From the human T2T-CHM13v2.0 reference genome, Homo sapiens, in NCBI RefSeq assembly GCF_009914755.1, contig NC_060926.1: a stretch of DNA of 64,000 nt. The stretch is one strand, 5' to 3'. Positions 27,137 to 41,849 of the stretch are shown one piece after another. Within the stretch, counting starts at the first letter, position 1. The number at the start of each line of letters is the position of its first letter. Made by a program: the position numbers and the translations under genes. The notes under the pieces are model-generated. The model ran no database searches. It saw only the letters and a list, made by a program, of their open reading frames with translations, and was not told where the DNA came from.

Positions 27137-30100
27137 AGGCATTGAGTTTTATAAACTTGTTATCAATGTTTACTTACTCCTTCATGTCCATTTCATGTGG
27201 TTTATTTTATACAAATCTTCCCTGTTATTACCTTCCACATTTTGATCATTGCTCAGTTCTCAGGAGATCTTTCCTGGCAACTTTCACAGTGGGGGAAGGG
27301 GCCCTTCCTGAGATCGTTGTGATTGTGGCCACAGGAAGGGACGATACTTGGCAAGATTGGATGCTGGGGCCACAGATGTCCCCTCAACACTCAGAAGCTG
27401 CGGGTCCACTGTGACTGATATATCTTGCTGCAAAGAAGTGAAATGCCTGTTTTGTTTTGTTTTGTTTTGTTTTGTTTCAGCAGGTTGCCTGTATTTCTGG
27501 AATTTTGAAATCTTCACAGAGATGTATCTAATTGTATGCTTTTCTTCTTAAAATCCAAAATGCAAATCGTTTCACTTTTTTTCTGATTATAAAAGTAATA
27601 AATGCTCAGTTTTCTGGAGGAGCCAATCTACTATTGACTACTTGATTAGAAACAAAACAAAACTTACGAAGCATCCTTCCCAGTTTATACTACTCCCTTT
27701 TCTCTCTAAAGAATGTCCTCAAATCTCTTTGAGAATGTGAATTGGTTATTTCAGAGTTATCTTGTGCTCCTGAGGCAGGCTGTCAGCATAGGGAGGTATT
27801 TGTACAGGTTGGTCCCTTCTTTAAAACCATGGATGCTGTTCAGATATCTCACAATTTCCATTTTGCTGGGTGTTCCAGTGGAGAGATGTGTTAGTTCCTG
27901 AGCCCTCAGCTGAGGATCTTGAGAGGCTCCTGACCCCTGGAGCCAGGTTCCTTTCAGAGTTGCCACAGAGCCTGTCCTCTGATCTGCTTGGGGGATGTAT
28001 CCCCAGTAGGTCATATTCTTTGTAGTATTTAATTCACATATAAACACGAACAATATCTCATATTACTGGCTAATTTTAAATTAGAAATGTTCTGTTACTT
28101 GTACCTCTTTAAGGAAGAGACCACACATTTCTACTTTTTATTCCCCTTAAGACTTACACTGTTCGAAGGTAATACATCAACTGACTTGTTTGCATGGTGG
28201 AATTATGGAAAATACAAAATATAGGCATGTTTGCTAGACAGATATTTGAATGTAATATTTTATTCTTTCTTCTAGGTCGCTTGGAAAGGGTCCTGACCCA
28301 CCCACCATGTCAAGCAATTATTTTTCTGGACAGCTTCCTGATGTCCCCAAGGAGAGAGAGAGCGTGACAGCCAGTGAGGGAAAGCATGCCACAGGTCCCG
28401 CCTGCTAACCTGGCAGGAGGGTGCTTGCAACACCTAATTTATCAACGCTTGTTTTCCCTGCTGGAGCCAAGTACACAGAATCACTCCGCCAACAGAGAAA
28501 GAGAAAGGGGAAGCCATTCTTCACCTTTTTCAGTAATGTATTTTTGTTTTGGTCAATTTCCCAGATAAATTATGGTCTTGTCTCATTGCTGCATTGGTGG
28601 AATTCTTGCTAGTGTTATTTAGTACATTTTAAAGCTGTGTGAAACCAAAAGGTACTTAAAAAAAAAAAAAAGGAAAGTTAACCAAATTGAAGGGTAAATT
28701 TTTTACATTGTTCCACTGGCTCCAGTTGGAGCTTAATCATCACGACCCTTCCTTCAGTCCACAGCGCCTGCTTCAAGATGCAGCAGAAGTCAAAATTGCA
28801 AGAGTCTGGATGTTTTGCTTTCGTGTAACTCATTAGGCATTTCCCCCTGTGCTATGATAAATGTCTCTCTCAACCAGAAATTTTATCTCACCTGTGTATG
28901 TCCCTATTTCACTCTGCGGAATCACTCTCAGGAAATACAAGCTAATGATGTCTGTGGTTCTGAAATTTCCTTGTTATTATTTGTTTAAGACATTTTTAAA
29001 AAAACCTGTGGACAGCTTATTAAAAGGATGCTGAGCAATGAAAACATTATTAGACCATATTATTGTTTATTGTACCCAGATGTCGTGCATTTTACACATC
29101 CCAAAGGATTAGTAGTAATGTTGGATACCAAAATCTTACTTTTCCTTGCAGATATTGAGTCTAAATTTTTCTCATTAAAAACAAAACATTTACACTGAAC
29201 AAATGGTGCGTGTCCGGGTGAAGCATCAGGTCTCAAGAAGGCAACACTGCTCAAATGAGACTTAGGACAGAACTGGAGACCAAAACAAAGCTGAGGCTAC
29301 TGTTGGAAATACTGGTCTAAAAAAAGGAAGAGTGTGGTATGCTTGTTTTTTAGTTTTATAGAATTTTCCATTTGGAAAGGAGAGAAATGCATACATCCAA
29401 GCTGAAATAAACCATTCTAGCAAACATGCCGAGGAATAATTTTCAAGAATGTTTTGTTTTTAATGAAAAGGAAAGCAAATCAAAGAAAACCTGGGTAAGT
29501 GTTAAAGAGTACTAAATTTATAGTAAGGTTCAGGCAATCTGCCCACTGCAATCAGAAAGGTTTGGGCTGTTAGTCATTTAAGACACACAATGGGAAAATA
29601 AACAAAGAAGGAGGAAGGGGGAATGGTAAACTGTAGTTTGGCAGCAAAATTAGTCCAGCTAGCTCCATTACATATTAAACCATGTCACAAAGCAAATAAT
29701 TGAAATAATGAGGAGCTCGTTTTTTAAAAGATATATAGAGTAGCATAACAGAATCAACAAAAATAAGACTGTTTTATATAACAATTCAATAGACAATAAA
29801 TAAGCACTCCATTTGGGGAAAAGAATCACACAATAAATGATGCTGGGATGGCTTGTGAGTAATTTGGAGAAAACTGATCTAGAATGAGAGCGAGTATTCC
29901 ACATTCGCCACTCTCTTGTCTTTTGGCTTTCTATCACCTTGGCCAATGGAGGAAGACAGCAAAAAACAGGAAGGAGGAAGAGTATGAAGGGAGTCATTTC
30001 TCCCCGGCACTCCATGCCAGGTTGCTCCAGAAGGCTGTGTCTCTGTCCTAAGGGCTACAGCTTGGCTTGGGCAGTCTTTCCATACAACTCTCCAGGTTCG

Positions 30101-30335
30101 GGAAATTGCTTACTCATCTGCCCCTGCAAGTGCAGGGATGACAATCACTTCCAGCTGAGCTGAGCCCAGCATGCTGCATCATTCTTTGTTGATGTCCCTC
30201 AACTCCGCTGGCGCTATCTTGATTATCCTTAGGCTTACCTCAGTTCCCCAGTCCTAGTGGGCCTTCTGGTTCCTCCTGGGGCACTGACTGATCCAGGTGC
30301 CCTGGGGTTCAGTCGCTAAGTTTCAGCTTCCTATG

Positions 30336-30736
30336 TGATGGGGTTTGGTTCTGTCCTTGTCTAAATCTCATGTTGAATTGTAATCCCCAGTGCTGGAGGT
30401 GGGGCCTGGTGAGAGGTGACTGGATCATGGGGTGGATTTCTCACGAATAGTTTAGTGCCGTTCCGTTGGTGCTATCCTCATGATAGTGAGTGAGTTCTTG
30501 CAAAATCTGGTCATTTAAAAGTGCTCCTGCTTTTGCCATGTGATGTGTGACATGCGTACTCCCGCTTCACCTTCCACCACGATTGTAAGTTTCCTGAGGC
30601 TTCCCCAGAAACTGAGCAGATGCCAGTATCATGCTTCCTGTACAGCCTGAGGATCCATGAGCCAATTAAACCTCTTTTCTCTATAAATTATCCAGTCTCA
30701 GGTATTTTTTATAGCAATGCAAGAACAGCCTAATAC
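30336..30736 (+). mobile_element. MST (MSTA/MSTB-like) MaLR solo LTR
   Basis: aaatctcatgttgaattgtaatccccagtgctggaggtggggcctggt ... gccaattaaacctcttttc...atagcaatgcaagaacagcctaatac. Confidence 0.9.
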
Positions 30737-30859
30737 TGTGCAATTTCAGAATCCCAAGTTTCTCTATTTACCCAAGACCGGGGGGTGCTCCCGCGGCCTG
30801 ATTCATGCTCACAGACATGCAAATGGATGGGGGGTGTGAATTAACATAATGCTCTAACT

Positions 30860-31090
30860 CAAGTCATTCTCACCAGGCAATTCTGCCCCCCAGGGGACAT
30901 TGGCAATGGCTGGAGACATTTTTGGTCACCACAACCTGTTGGGGAGGGTGAGGGGTGCTACTGGCTTCCGGTAGGTGGAGGCCAGGGATGCTCGCAAGCA
31001 TCCCCAGTGCACAAGACAGCCCCCACGATGAAGTACGACCCTTCCCGAACGTCCACAGTTAGTGCTTCCCTTGTGACCTTGTGAAGCCCT
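30860..31090. mobile_element. MER20 hAT-Charlie element
   Basis: ttctgccccccaggggacattggcaatggctggagacatttttggtcaccacaac...ggtaggtggaggccagggatgct. Confidence 0.88.
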
Positions 31091-32448
31091 GCTCAGATTG
31101 TGAGGAGGATGATGCATTCACAGAGGCCAGTCTGCAAAGCACACTCTTCTCTCAAAGTTGATAAACCAATCTGGAAAACAAAATTTCTACCATTGACCCA
31201 CTGGTGAGCACCAACCAGAGGATGAGGGGTTGGGGAGTGGCCTTAAGAGGAACAGTACTTGAGAGCTGTTGGGCTCTGAATGCCCAGTTTCTCTATCTCC
31301 ACCCAGGGGATGGACCTCTCATGGGAACTGGGCAGTTCCTGCGGCAGCTCAGAAGAGCCTGCTGGTGTGCCTGGGTGGGGAGTGTGTGGGACACAGCCTC
31401 TGTGCAGGCTGCAGGGAGTCAGCCCAGGTTCCAGCACTCACTGTTCCCTGAGGTTAGTTTATTTCATCGCTGTTAGATTCTGTTTCATTATTCATCACAT
31501 GTGGGTACTAACAGTGGCAAATTGTGTAGCGCTGTAAGGGAATTCAATGAGATAATGCATGTGAGAGGCTTACGCTAACCTCCTGTGAATGTGGTCCTAC
31601 AATGAGAGGCCTAGAGTCAAACCCCTTGTAGAAAACACTAGGTTAAATAAAATTAACCTGGATTTGCTTGTTTTCCTTGTAGGGCCTCTCAGGGCATTTA
31701 AAGCATTATTGAGCATTTCAGCTCTCTAAGAAAGGGGAACAATATACAGAGGTCTGCATACTCAGGCACCCTCAATCCCTGTATTACCTTACAGAAGTGA
31801 CCTTCTCCAGCACACACCGCCGGAAACACTACTGAACCTCTGAGCACGCTGGCAAATGACTCAGTTCCTGGTGTATATATACAGGTGCCTGAGCTCATTA
31901 ATTTTCTATTGGTCACTGTGAGCTTCTCTTTCAGAGGGTGGCATTTTCTAGTTGCTCCAAATCAAGGTCCTCTCTTTTGGAGTCTATAGCTGTGTTGGCC
32001 AATTTTATCCACCTGACTTTCCTGTTGTTTTTCTTTGCTCAGCTTTTAATACTGGCCTGGATTTTTAGACCTGCATTGTTATTAAATAAATGTAATATCT
32101 TTTGTTTTCCAACATTTAATCTTATTAGCTTCATTCAAAAAACAAAAGGTTAAATTGGGCTACCTGCTCATCGTCTTCTGGGTCTATGTGAAAAATGAAA
32201 AAAAAAAAAAAAAAACTCCCTCCATGTTATTGTCACTTCAATCCAGGAAATTGAAATCAATACAGATACAGAAGTGGCAAGGTTTGCATTATTTTTCAGA
32301 GTCCAAAACATATGTATTTAAAATGTGTTAATAAACCATAAAACATTATACAAAATATAGAAACATTTAGTTCTCAAACTTGTGTTTCAGAAACACTCCC
32401 TTGAAAAATAAGTAAATTCAAATTACAGACTACCTAAAGTAATTATTA

Positions 32449-32760
<312 letters not shown>

Positions 32761-32964
32761 GGAAAAGAACTTAAGAATGTGAAGTCTCATGCACTAATGA
32801 TTCAAAGTTTGGGAAAAGTACTGAATCATCCCCACTATAATATCAGGGCAATTGGCCATTTGATTAACACATTACAAGCCAGAGGTCACTTAATTCTGTA
32901 GGTTAGAGAACTTGCAAGAAACCAAACAGGCCACGGAGCACCAGGAGAGACAAGGAAATCCATG

Positions 32965-33352
32965 TGTCATAGGCAGAACTGTGCCCTCCCCAAATTCATC
33001 TGCTGAAGTCTTAATCCTCAGTACCTCAGAATGTGACCATATTTGGAGACAGGTTATTTAAAGAGGCAATTAGGTTAAAATGAGGTCATTCATGTAAGTC
33101 CTAATTTACATGACCAGTCTCTTGATACGAAGAAGTGATTAGGACAGAGACTCAACAGAAAGAAGACCACATGAAGGTACATGGAGGAGATGGCTGTCTA
33201 CAAGCCAAGAAGAGAGGTCTCAGAAGGAACCAAGCCTACAGACACAGTGATCTCAGACTTCCAGCCTCCAGAACCGAGAGACAGTAAATATCTGTGGTTT
33301 AAGCCACCCAGTCAATGGAACTGAGTTATGGTAGCCCTTGCAGCCTCATACA
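32965..33352 (+). mobile_element. MLT1 (MLT1A/B/C-like) solo LTR
   Basis: tgtcataggcagaactgtgccctccccaaattcat...acctcagaatgtgaccatatttggaga; 5 bp TSD ccatg (32960-32964 / 33353-33357). Confidence 0.9.
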
Positions 33353-35120
33353 CCATGGCTCTGGGTTAGACATCCTCCGGGCTCATCACCAAGTGTGAAT
33401 TCCCATGATTAAACACCATGGTTTTCCCCTGCACAGGCTGCTGCTGGAGTGTGCCATCACTTAGACTGGCTTTTCTCATCATGGGTTCCTTCTTTGAGAT
33501 GTAACCAAGGCTCCGCTATGTGTTCAGCTTATCAAGGTTTTCCAGGATAGCCATGACATCTGGTTTCATTGACTAAAATGAGATTTCAGTTTCAGTCCAA
33601 TGACTTGACGTTTCATGTTCACTTTTCGGTCTGCTTCAGAATAATTCCAGAAAGAGTCAACTGATTTCATCAAAAGCTTTGTGTGACAGAAGGGTTCCAA
33701 ATCTGAAATTCAATCTGTGGGCCAGGCTAATGTTTTGAAACAATAGCTTCAATATGGATTCAAATGGGCACTGCTATGATTAGACTGAAAAATAAAAAAA
33801 TCTGTTCAGCTGCAAGAACATTAGAAAAAAAAAAAAAGAAACAGACAGAGGAGAGAAAGAAGATGAGAGAGAGAGGTGTATTTTTACCAGGGTAATTAAT
33901 TGGTAAAAACTGGAAGAGTGGCAAGGAAGGATTCTGATGATGATAAGAATAGTTCTTGTTTGCGGAACACCTCCTCTGGCTCAGGTACTCTACTCCCATG
34001 TTGGATACTCTCCACCTCCCTGATAAGCATGTGTTAGCATTGTCAAGACCTATATACCATGACAGCGGTACGAAGATGGTAAATGAGTTGCCCAGGGCCG
34101 TACAGCTAGCAGGATGCCCTACTACTCTAAACTGACTTAGAGGCAGACACCGCTCCCATCATGGTGTGCTGCCTCCTCCAAATAGCAGGATTTTGGAAAG
34201 GAGACCCAGGAAGCCCTAGGCAGTGGGCAGAGCTGAGCACAGCCCCAGGCCTTGGTGTTATAAGTGAAGATTTCCAATGCAGGCCTTCTTGTTCTGATGG
34301 GGCAGGGTCCTGCCATATAGGATGTCTGCATATGTCTGGGAAAGACATTGCTGAGTTAATTTAACTGCTGTCAGTGGCAAACAGTTGTAAACAAAGAGGC
34401 CAGATGCATGAAGTGCCGTATTTCAGCATCTCCAAATGGTCCAGGCTTTATGCACCCCTGTTTTGCAGTCAAAGAGATACTGTCAGTTTTAATTGTTCCA
34501 ATCAATATCAAAATAATTTTAGAGAGTCATTTAATGCAAGGGTGACTCATTTTAAACAAAGCAGTTAATTTGTCTAACACAGCGCCGGACAACTGATCCC
34601 ACTGAGAACACTCCAGCATGCCATTATTTCAGAGTGAAGATCTCTAATCCAGGCCTTCCTATGGGGGCTGGTTTGTCTTAGGCTTGGATAGACAAACAAA
34701 GAATAACATTTCAAATAGACGCTGAGGCAGAATTAATATCATTCATCATGGATTTCTAGCAAAATTGTTTTAAGAAACCCTCCTTAAAATGTTTAAATGC
34801 TCTTAATTCATTCATAATAAGATTCATAATATAATTCATAATATGCATAATAACTATTCATAATAATAATAATCATGTACATAATAAGAGTGAAGCAATC
34901 TAAAGACTTCCTCAAGTTCAAAAATGAAACAAAGATAACCACCAATCCCATTACTTTCCTATATTTTTAAGTACCCCGCAATGCAATAACACAAGAGAAA
35001 AATAAATAATGGTGAATGAATTCATTGGAGAGATACTTAATAAGTTGCTGCCAGATGCTCTAAGCATGGGGAGGCAGTGGTTAGTTAGGTAATCTTCTGA
35101 CCCACATGGAGTTTATCTTC

Positions 35121-35494
35121 TAATATGGTTTTGCTCTGCGTCCCCCCGCAAATTTCATGTTGAATTGTAATTCTCAATGTTAAGGGAGGGGCCTGGTGGA
35201 AGGTGATCCTGGGGGCGGATTTCCACCTTGCTATTCTCATGATAGTGAGTGCTCACGAGAACAAGCTTAACAAAAGTGTGTGGCACTTCCCCCTTTGCTC
35301 TCTTCCTCCGGCTCCAACATGTGAAGACGTGATGGCTTCCCCTTTGCCTTTGGCCATGATTTTAAGTTTCCTGAGGCCTTCCAGCCATGCTTCCTGTACA
35401 GCCTGTGGGACTGTGAGTCAGTTAAACCTCTTCTCTTCACAAATTACCCAGTGTCAGGTAGTTCTTTACAGCAATGTGAGAACAGATTAATACA
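35121..35494 (+). mobile_element. MSTA-like MaLR solo LTR inside an L2 relic
   Basis: taatatggttttgctctgcgtcccc...caaattacccagtgtcaggtagttctttacagcaatgtgagaacagattaataca. Confidence 0.9.
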
Positions 35495-35904
35495 CCTATG
35501 GAGGGACAGAAACAAGGTTTGCAGGAATAAATAAGCAGGTGAATGGCAGGTCATGGTAAATGTAATGAATACGGGTTTTAAAGGTAGCATGGCAGAAAGC
35601 GGCAGAGATTGAGCCTCTATTTAAGTAGTAAACAGGCCTCTGCGAGGAAGTGATATTGGAAATGAGACCTGAATGCTGAGAGGAGCCAGCCCTTTGAAAG
35701 TTGGGGGAAGAACATCAAGGGTGGAGGGAAAGTGCTAGCAAAGTTCCTGGAGTAGGAACACACTTGGCATCTTCTGAGGGACAGGAAGAAAGCAGTGAGG
35801 ATGCAGCGCTAGACGGGGGAGGACAAACCAGGATGAAGCCAGGAGAGAGGAGACTGGGCTGTGCAGGGAGAGGAGTCGGGGTCCATCAAAGGGCAATGGG
35901 GATG

Positions 35905-36335
35905 CGGCAACAGGTTGATAAACAAAATACAATATACATACATGGAGGGGAATATTATCCAGCCTTAAAAAGGAAGGAGATCCAGACCCCTGCTACAACG
36001 TGGATAAACCCTGAGGACATCACACGCAGTGAAATAAGCCAGTCACAAAACAGAAATGCGGTATGATTCCACTTACATGGGGTCCCTAGAGCAGTCCAAT
36101 TCATGAAGACAGGAGCAGAGTGGGGGCTCCCAGGGGCTGAAGGGATGGGGAGGGGTCGTTTAATGGGGACAGAGTTTCAGTTCTGCAAGACGCACAAGTT
36201 CTGGAGATCTGTTGCACAACAATATCGCAGGAACGCTTAATGCTACTGAACTATATGCTTAAAAATGGTAAGATGGCAAATTTTATGTTACTTTTTTTGT
36301 TATAACAATTAAAAATATAGTTTTTAAAAATTTTC
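35905..36335 (+). mobile_element. L1 3' end (L1MB-like)
   Basis: gccttaaaaaggaaggagatcc...gtgaaataagccagtcacaaaa...cttaaaaatggtaagatggcaaattttatg; possible TSD gggcaatgggga / gggtaatgggga. Confidence 0.88.
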
Positions 36336-36651
36336 AAAACGGGTAATGGGGAACTGTGGAAAAGCAGAGACACTTAGATTTTTAAAAATATGATTAGTTT
36401 AAGATGACTGGACTCCACCCCCAAAAAGTCTAAAAGACAAACTTACTGAAAACATAAACAGAATTTAAAAAAAAACCCTCTGAAGAAGAAGACCCCTCTG
36501 TATATAAGAAAAATATACAAAGAGTAGCAAAGTCATTAATTATATGAAACAAACAAAACCATTGTGAAATTCAAGATCCCGTTTATAAAACATTCAAGAA
36601 TCTGAAATCATAATAAACAGAATTGCATATCATCATTATTAAAAACCTCGC

Positions 36652-36955
36652 GGCTGGGCGCGGTGGCTCACGTCTGTAATCCCAGCACTTTGGGAGGCCG
36701 AGGCGGACGGATCACAAGGTCAGGAGTTCGTGAGCAGTTTGGCCAACATAACGAAACCCCGTCTCTACTAAAAATACAGAAATTAGCCGGGCATGGTGGC
36801 GTGTGCCTGTAATCCCAGCTACTCAGCGGGGCTAAGGCAGGAGAGTTGTTTGAACCCAGGAGGTGGAGGTTGCAGTGAGCCAAAACCGCGCCACTGCACT
36901 CCAGCTTGGGCAACAGAGTGAGGTTTCATCTAAAAAAAAAAGAAAAAAAAAAAAA
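36652..36955 (+). mobile_element. Alu
   Basis: ggctgggcgcggtggctcacgtctgtaatcccagc..., poly(A) tail. Confidence 0.97.
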
Positions 36956-37174
36956 TCCTTGCAAAGTTATTGAAGAGGTACTCAATAAATTGCTGCTGGA
37001 TGAATGAGCGAAATTAGAATGTGTTATCAGGAGTATAAAAAGAAGACAAATAAAGTAGAGAAACATCGTGTTCTATTTCACAGATATAACGTGATTCCAA
37101 CTGAAATATAAATAAAGACCTTTTTTAAAAATAACTCAGCCAAATATTGTTAAATTCATTCAGCAAAAATAAAA

Positions 37175-37346
37175 TAGAGGTGAATTTGCCACGAAGCTAA
37201 GGACACAGAGGTTTCAGGGCCCCTCATTTGCTCTCTTTCACAGAGGGAGCTTGGATGTTTTGTATTAATTATTTTGTCTTGTTTTTCTTAAGAGGGCACT
37301 CATACGGTGTAAGTTTTGTGTTCCACAAAACACATAGTCTTCCCTG
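37175..37346. mobile_element. MER53-like hAT MITE
   Basis: agaggtgaatttgccacgaagctaa...ttcagggcccctcatttgc...ttttcttaagagggc...ccacaaaac...ccctg, recalled as MER53. Confidence 0.55.
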
Positions 37347-38351
37347 TGTGGGTATGTTAACAAATATTCCAAGTAGAAGAAAATAAACCTTAGCCTTTTT
37401 AAAAAACATAATATTAGCTCCCATGGCAATAAAATGCCAAGTAGAATTGCAAAGAAATGAAAATAAAGATGAAAGGATAGAATAGGCATAGCAGAATAGA
37501 CCCAGAATAATATATTATTATGCAATCTTCTCAAAACAAAAGGATAAGGAATTGTAATATAAATAATGTTGGGATAATCAGGGAGCAATTTGGAGAAAAC
37601 CTAATTTATATCCATACTTTACACCATAATCCCTGAATAAAGAAGGTTGTTTCATCATTACAAATATATTTGTAGAGAAAAATCAGCAGAAAATATCCTA
37701 CCTTGCAAGAAATAATAAATATTTTTTTTCAAAATTCAAGGAAATGTAAAGCAGACTGATGGGCAATGCAATGTTGAAAATTTTGACTGCACTGATTAAA
37801 ATAAAAAGAACTAGACTAAAATGTAGGAGGAGACATGTAAGATAAAATATTTACCTGAATTATGTCAACAAATATGATTAATATTGATAATAACCTTTGA
37901 AAATACTCATGCATATTTGGAAAGACTTAAGACCTTCATAAAAAAAATGAGTCAAGGCCAACTACAAAAAATATACACATATAAGCAGATAAAAATAATA
38001 AACCAGCACTTGAATAAACATAAAGTAAGATAAAAATAACGTAAAATAAAATATAAAATAACATAAGATAAAAATTAACATAACAGCATATGTGAACTTT
38101 TAAAACTTAAATCAGAAAATAGTTTAAATAATAACATCTGTTGGTGGTGAAGTTGGGATAAAACTAATATATACATAGATGTGTGTGTGCATCTGTGTGT
38201 ATGTAATACACAGTTGATAGCATTGTACATTAATACAAACTTTTTTAGATCACTGTGCTTTGGCAACTAAATTTTTTAACCTTGTTTTCCCACATTTAGA
38301 AATTTATCTAGCAGGAATGATTAAAGAAATAATTAAATAGAAGCTATAATT

Positions 38352-38671
<320 letters not shown>

Positions 38672-39471
38672 TTAATTGTTGCCGTGATATCTGTTAGAGA
38701 AAAAAATAGGAACAACTCAAATGTTGAATAACAAAGAAATAGATGAGCAAATTCTGGTACTTCAATGTGATTGAATCACGTTGAACGAACTGAACAAAAC
38801 AGTTAAAAGACCATGTAGAAACTCAGGCAAGTGTACACTATAATATAAAATGAATCAAGTATGTGAACACAGACCCAAGGTGAACAAATGCCTACCCGAT
38901 CCACCCACCCATTAGAGTAGAGAAGAAGTAGTTAGATTCAACATCTCTGGCCCTTGGGATGTGTGTGTGGCTGGGGTGGAGAGGGGGTGTAGCGGTTGGT
39001 GCTCAGAACTAATGGGAATTGCCAGATATCATAACTACTTTAAGTAAGAAAACAGTGGATTCCCATATTTTATTTTTTTAACCCATAGTGTGTTTCTATT
39101 AAGATTCTGCCTTTTAGGACGAGACCCTCTTAAATGTCAAAACCAGAGTGAAGATGTCCATTACCTGCATATAAACCACGAGATTTTGGCAGGCAATTTT
39201 TAAACATCAAAAGAGTGCTCTAGGAATTCCAAATAAAAACCAAAGTCTTACTTTCATTTGCTTAAAAGAGTTTCTTTTCTTCTCACACTCTCATTCTTCA
39301 TCATAGATCCACTCTACATCAAGTAGTCTATTATTTTCCACTTGGGGAGAAATATGGCTTGATGTGACTTTAGCCTTTCAAACTTAAACCTGCAGAGCCA
39401 AGTTCCAGTAGGGAAATGAATTTTTATAGCACAGTTAAAAGTAAAGAGTGGAAACACTGTAAAATCGTTAA

Positions 39472-39941
<470 letters not shown>

Positions 39942-41201
39942 CTAAGTGTTTTAATTTTTAAATGAAGGAATGTACCATTTATAGAAAAAACACTTTAATA
40001 TTACAAACCAAACAGAAGGACTTTAAACATATATTTAAGTAAATAGTGTTTAGGCTCATTTTCTATTGATAGTGTCTTATCAAATATATAGTGTTTGTAC
40101 ATAGTATGGATGTGTTTTGTAAAGCCCTCTTGAGATAATTCTTTCGTACAACTCAATAACCTTGCAGGAGGATTAGTGTAGAAGGTATGTTTCTGTGAAA
40201 TAAGCACTCAGAACAGTGCCTGGCATATGGGAAGCACTACATAGTTTTCAGCTGCTGCTGATGTTATTATTGTTATTGTTATTATTATTGTTATTATGTG
40301 GGGCAAATGTGTTTTCTGGAATGTAGCCAACAACGGAGAACGTTTTGGAGACTGAGCAAAGGCTCAAACTGAATATTCTGGAGACAATGATGCTTACAGA
40401 ATGGTCCAAGATATTGACTGAGGATGAACCTGCAAGGCTGAATATATCATTACTCAGCAATGAATACGTACTGCGTGGTTTACATTGTCCATGAAATACA
40501 CGACAATTCATTAAGAAAGAGTTCATGGTCTTAGGAATGAACTTATACAATATTAAGGTTAAACATATCAGGCAGAGGGATATGGAATTTAAACAACATG
40601 CCACTTCTGGGTTTTTTGTTTTTTGTTTTTTTCATTAGTGGGTGTTAATTCTAAATTGACTAGGATACAACTGGGGAACACTGGGGAATGCGGGAGGCAG
40701 AAATAAAAGGCCAGGAGGGAAATATGAGAGAAAATTTAATCTTCTATATGGAAACCATGGGCAGAGCCAACGGGCTCCAGTCGTCCCGGCTGAGGTCACT
40801 GTGAAGTTGAACCCAGACATGGAGTCCCAACCACAATCAGCAAGGGTGCCTGGATGGTGACCTCCCCAGACCAGGCAGCAACAAATGTCAACCTTCTCTC
40901 CTAAGTATGCCTAAAATCCGTCTAAGTCTCCCCATCTCCACAATCATCAGTTTAGATCATTCATTCACTGAAACAAATATTTATTCAGCACTAACGCTAT
41001 CCCAAGAACTAAGCCAGCTGCCAGATTCGAACAGAGAGGAAACCAGGTGAATTCCCTGGAGACCCACTGGTCTTCCTGCATCTGCTCCAACTCACCGGGA
41101 ATACCAGCTTCAAGCTGCAGTGAGAGAGACATTTCAGTGCCCGTGTCTCGTTATAGCAGGCACTGCTACACCCTCCATGGCTTCTCTTTGCTCTTAGGGG
41201 A

Positions 41202-41613
41202 TGTGTTAGGGCAGAAAAGATAAATAGATGGATAAATAGATAGATGGGTAGATAGATTGATTGATACATAGACAGATACAAAAATAGATATATGAGAAGG
41301 TATTTAATAGGGGACTTGGCTCACACAATTATGGAGGCTGAGAGGTTCCACAATAGGCCTTCTGCCAGCTTGGGAACCAGGAAAGCCAGGAGCATAGCTC
41401 AATCTAAGTCTGAAGGCCTGAGAATCAGTCGGCTGTTGGGGTAAGGGTAACTCTCAGTCTGAGGCCAACCACCTTAGAACCAGGACCACTGGTGAAAATC
41501 CTGAAGTGTGAAGGCTGGAGAGCCTGGAATTCTGATGTCCAAGAGCAGGAGAGCAGGAGAAGAAGGTTGTCCCAGCTCCAAAAGAGAGAGAAGAGATTCT
41601 TCTTTCCTTTGCG

Positions 41614-41658
<45 letters not shown>

Positions 41659-41849
41659 GCTCTATCTGAACCCTCAACCCATTGGATGGTGACCACCTAC
41701 ATTGGGTGAAGGTGGACCTTCCTTACTCAGTTACTGATTCAAACACCAACCTCTTCTGCAAACACCTTCACAGGCATATCCAGAGATGACACTTAACCAG
41801 CTAGCTGGGCAACCCTTAATGCAGTCGACACCTAAAATTCACCATCACA
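41202..41849 (-). mobile_element. MLT2 (MLT2B-like) ERVL solo LTR with internal (TAGA)n and (TG)n
   Basis: ttggctcacacaattatggaggctgagagg ... gacacctaaaattcaccatcaca, the reverse complement of the MLT2 start TGTGATGGT. Confidence 0.88.
41615..41654 (+). repeat. (TG)~20 microsatellite
   Basis: Uninterrupted TG run. Confidence 0.98.
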
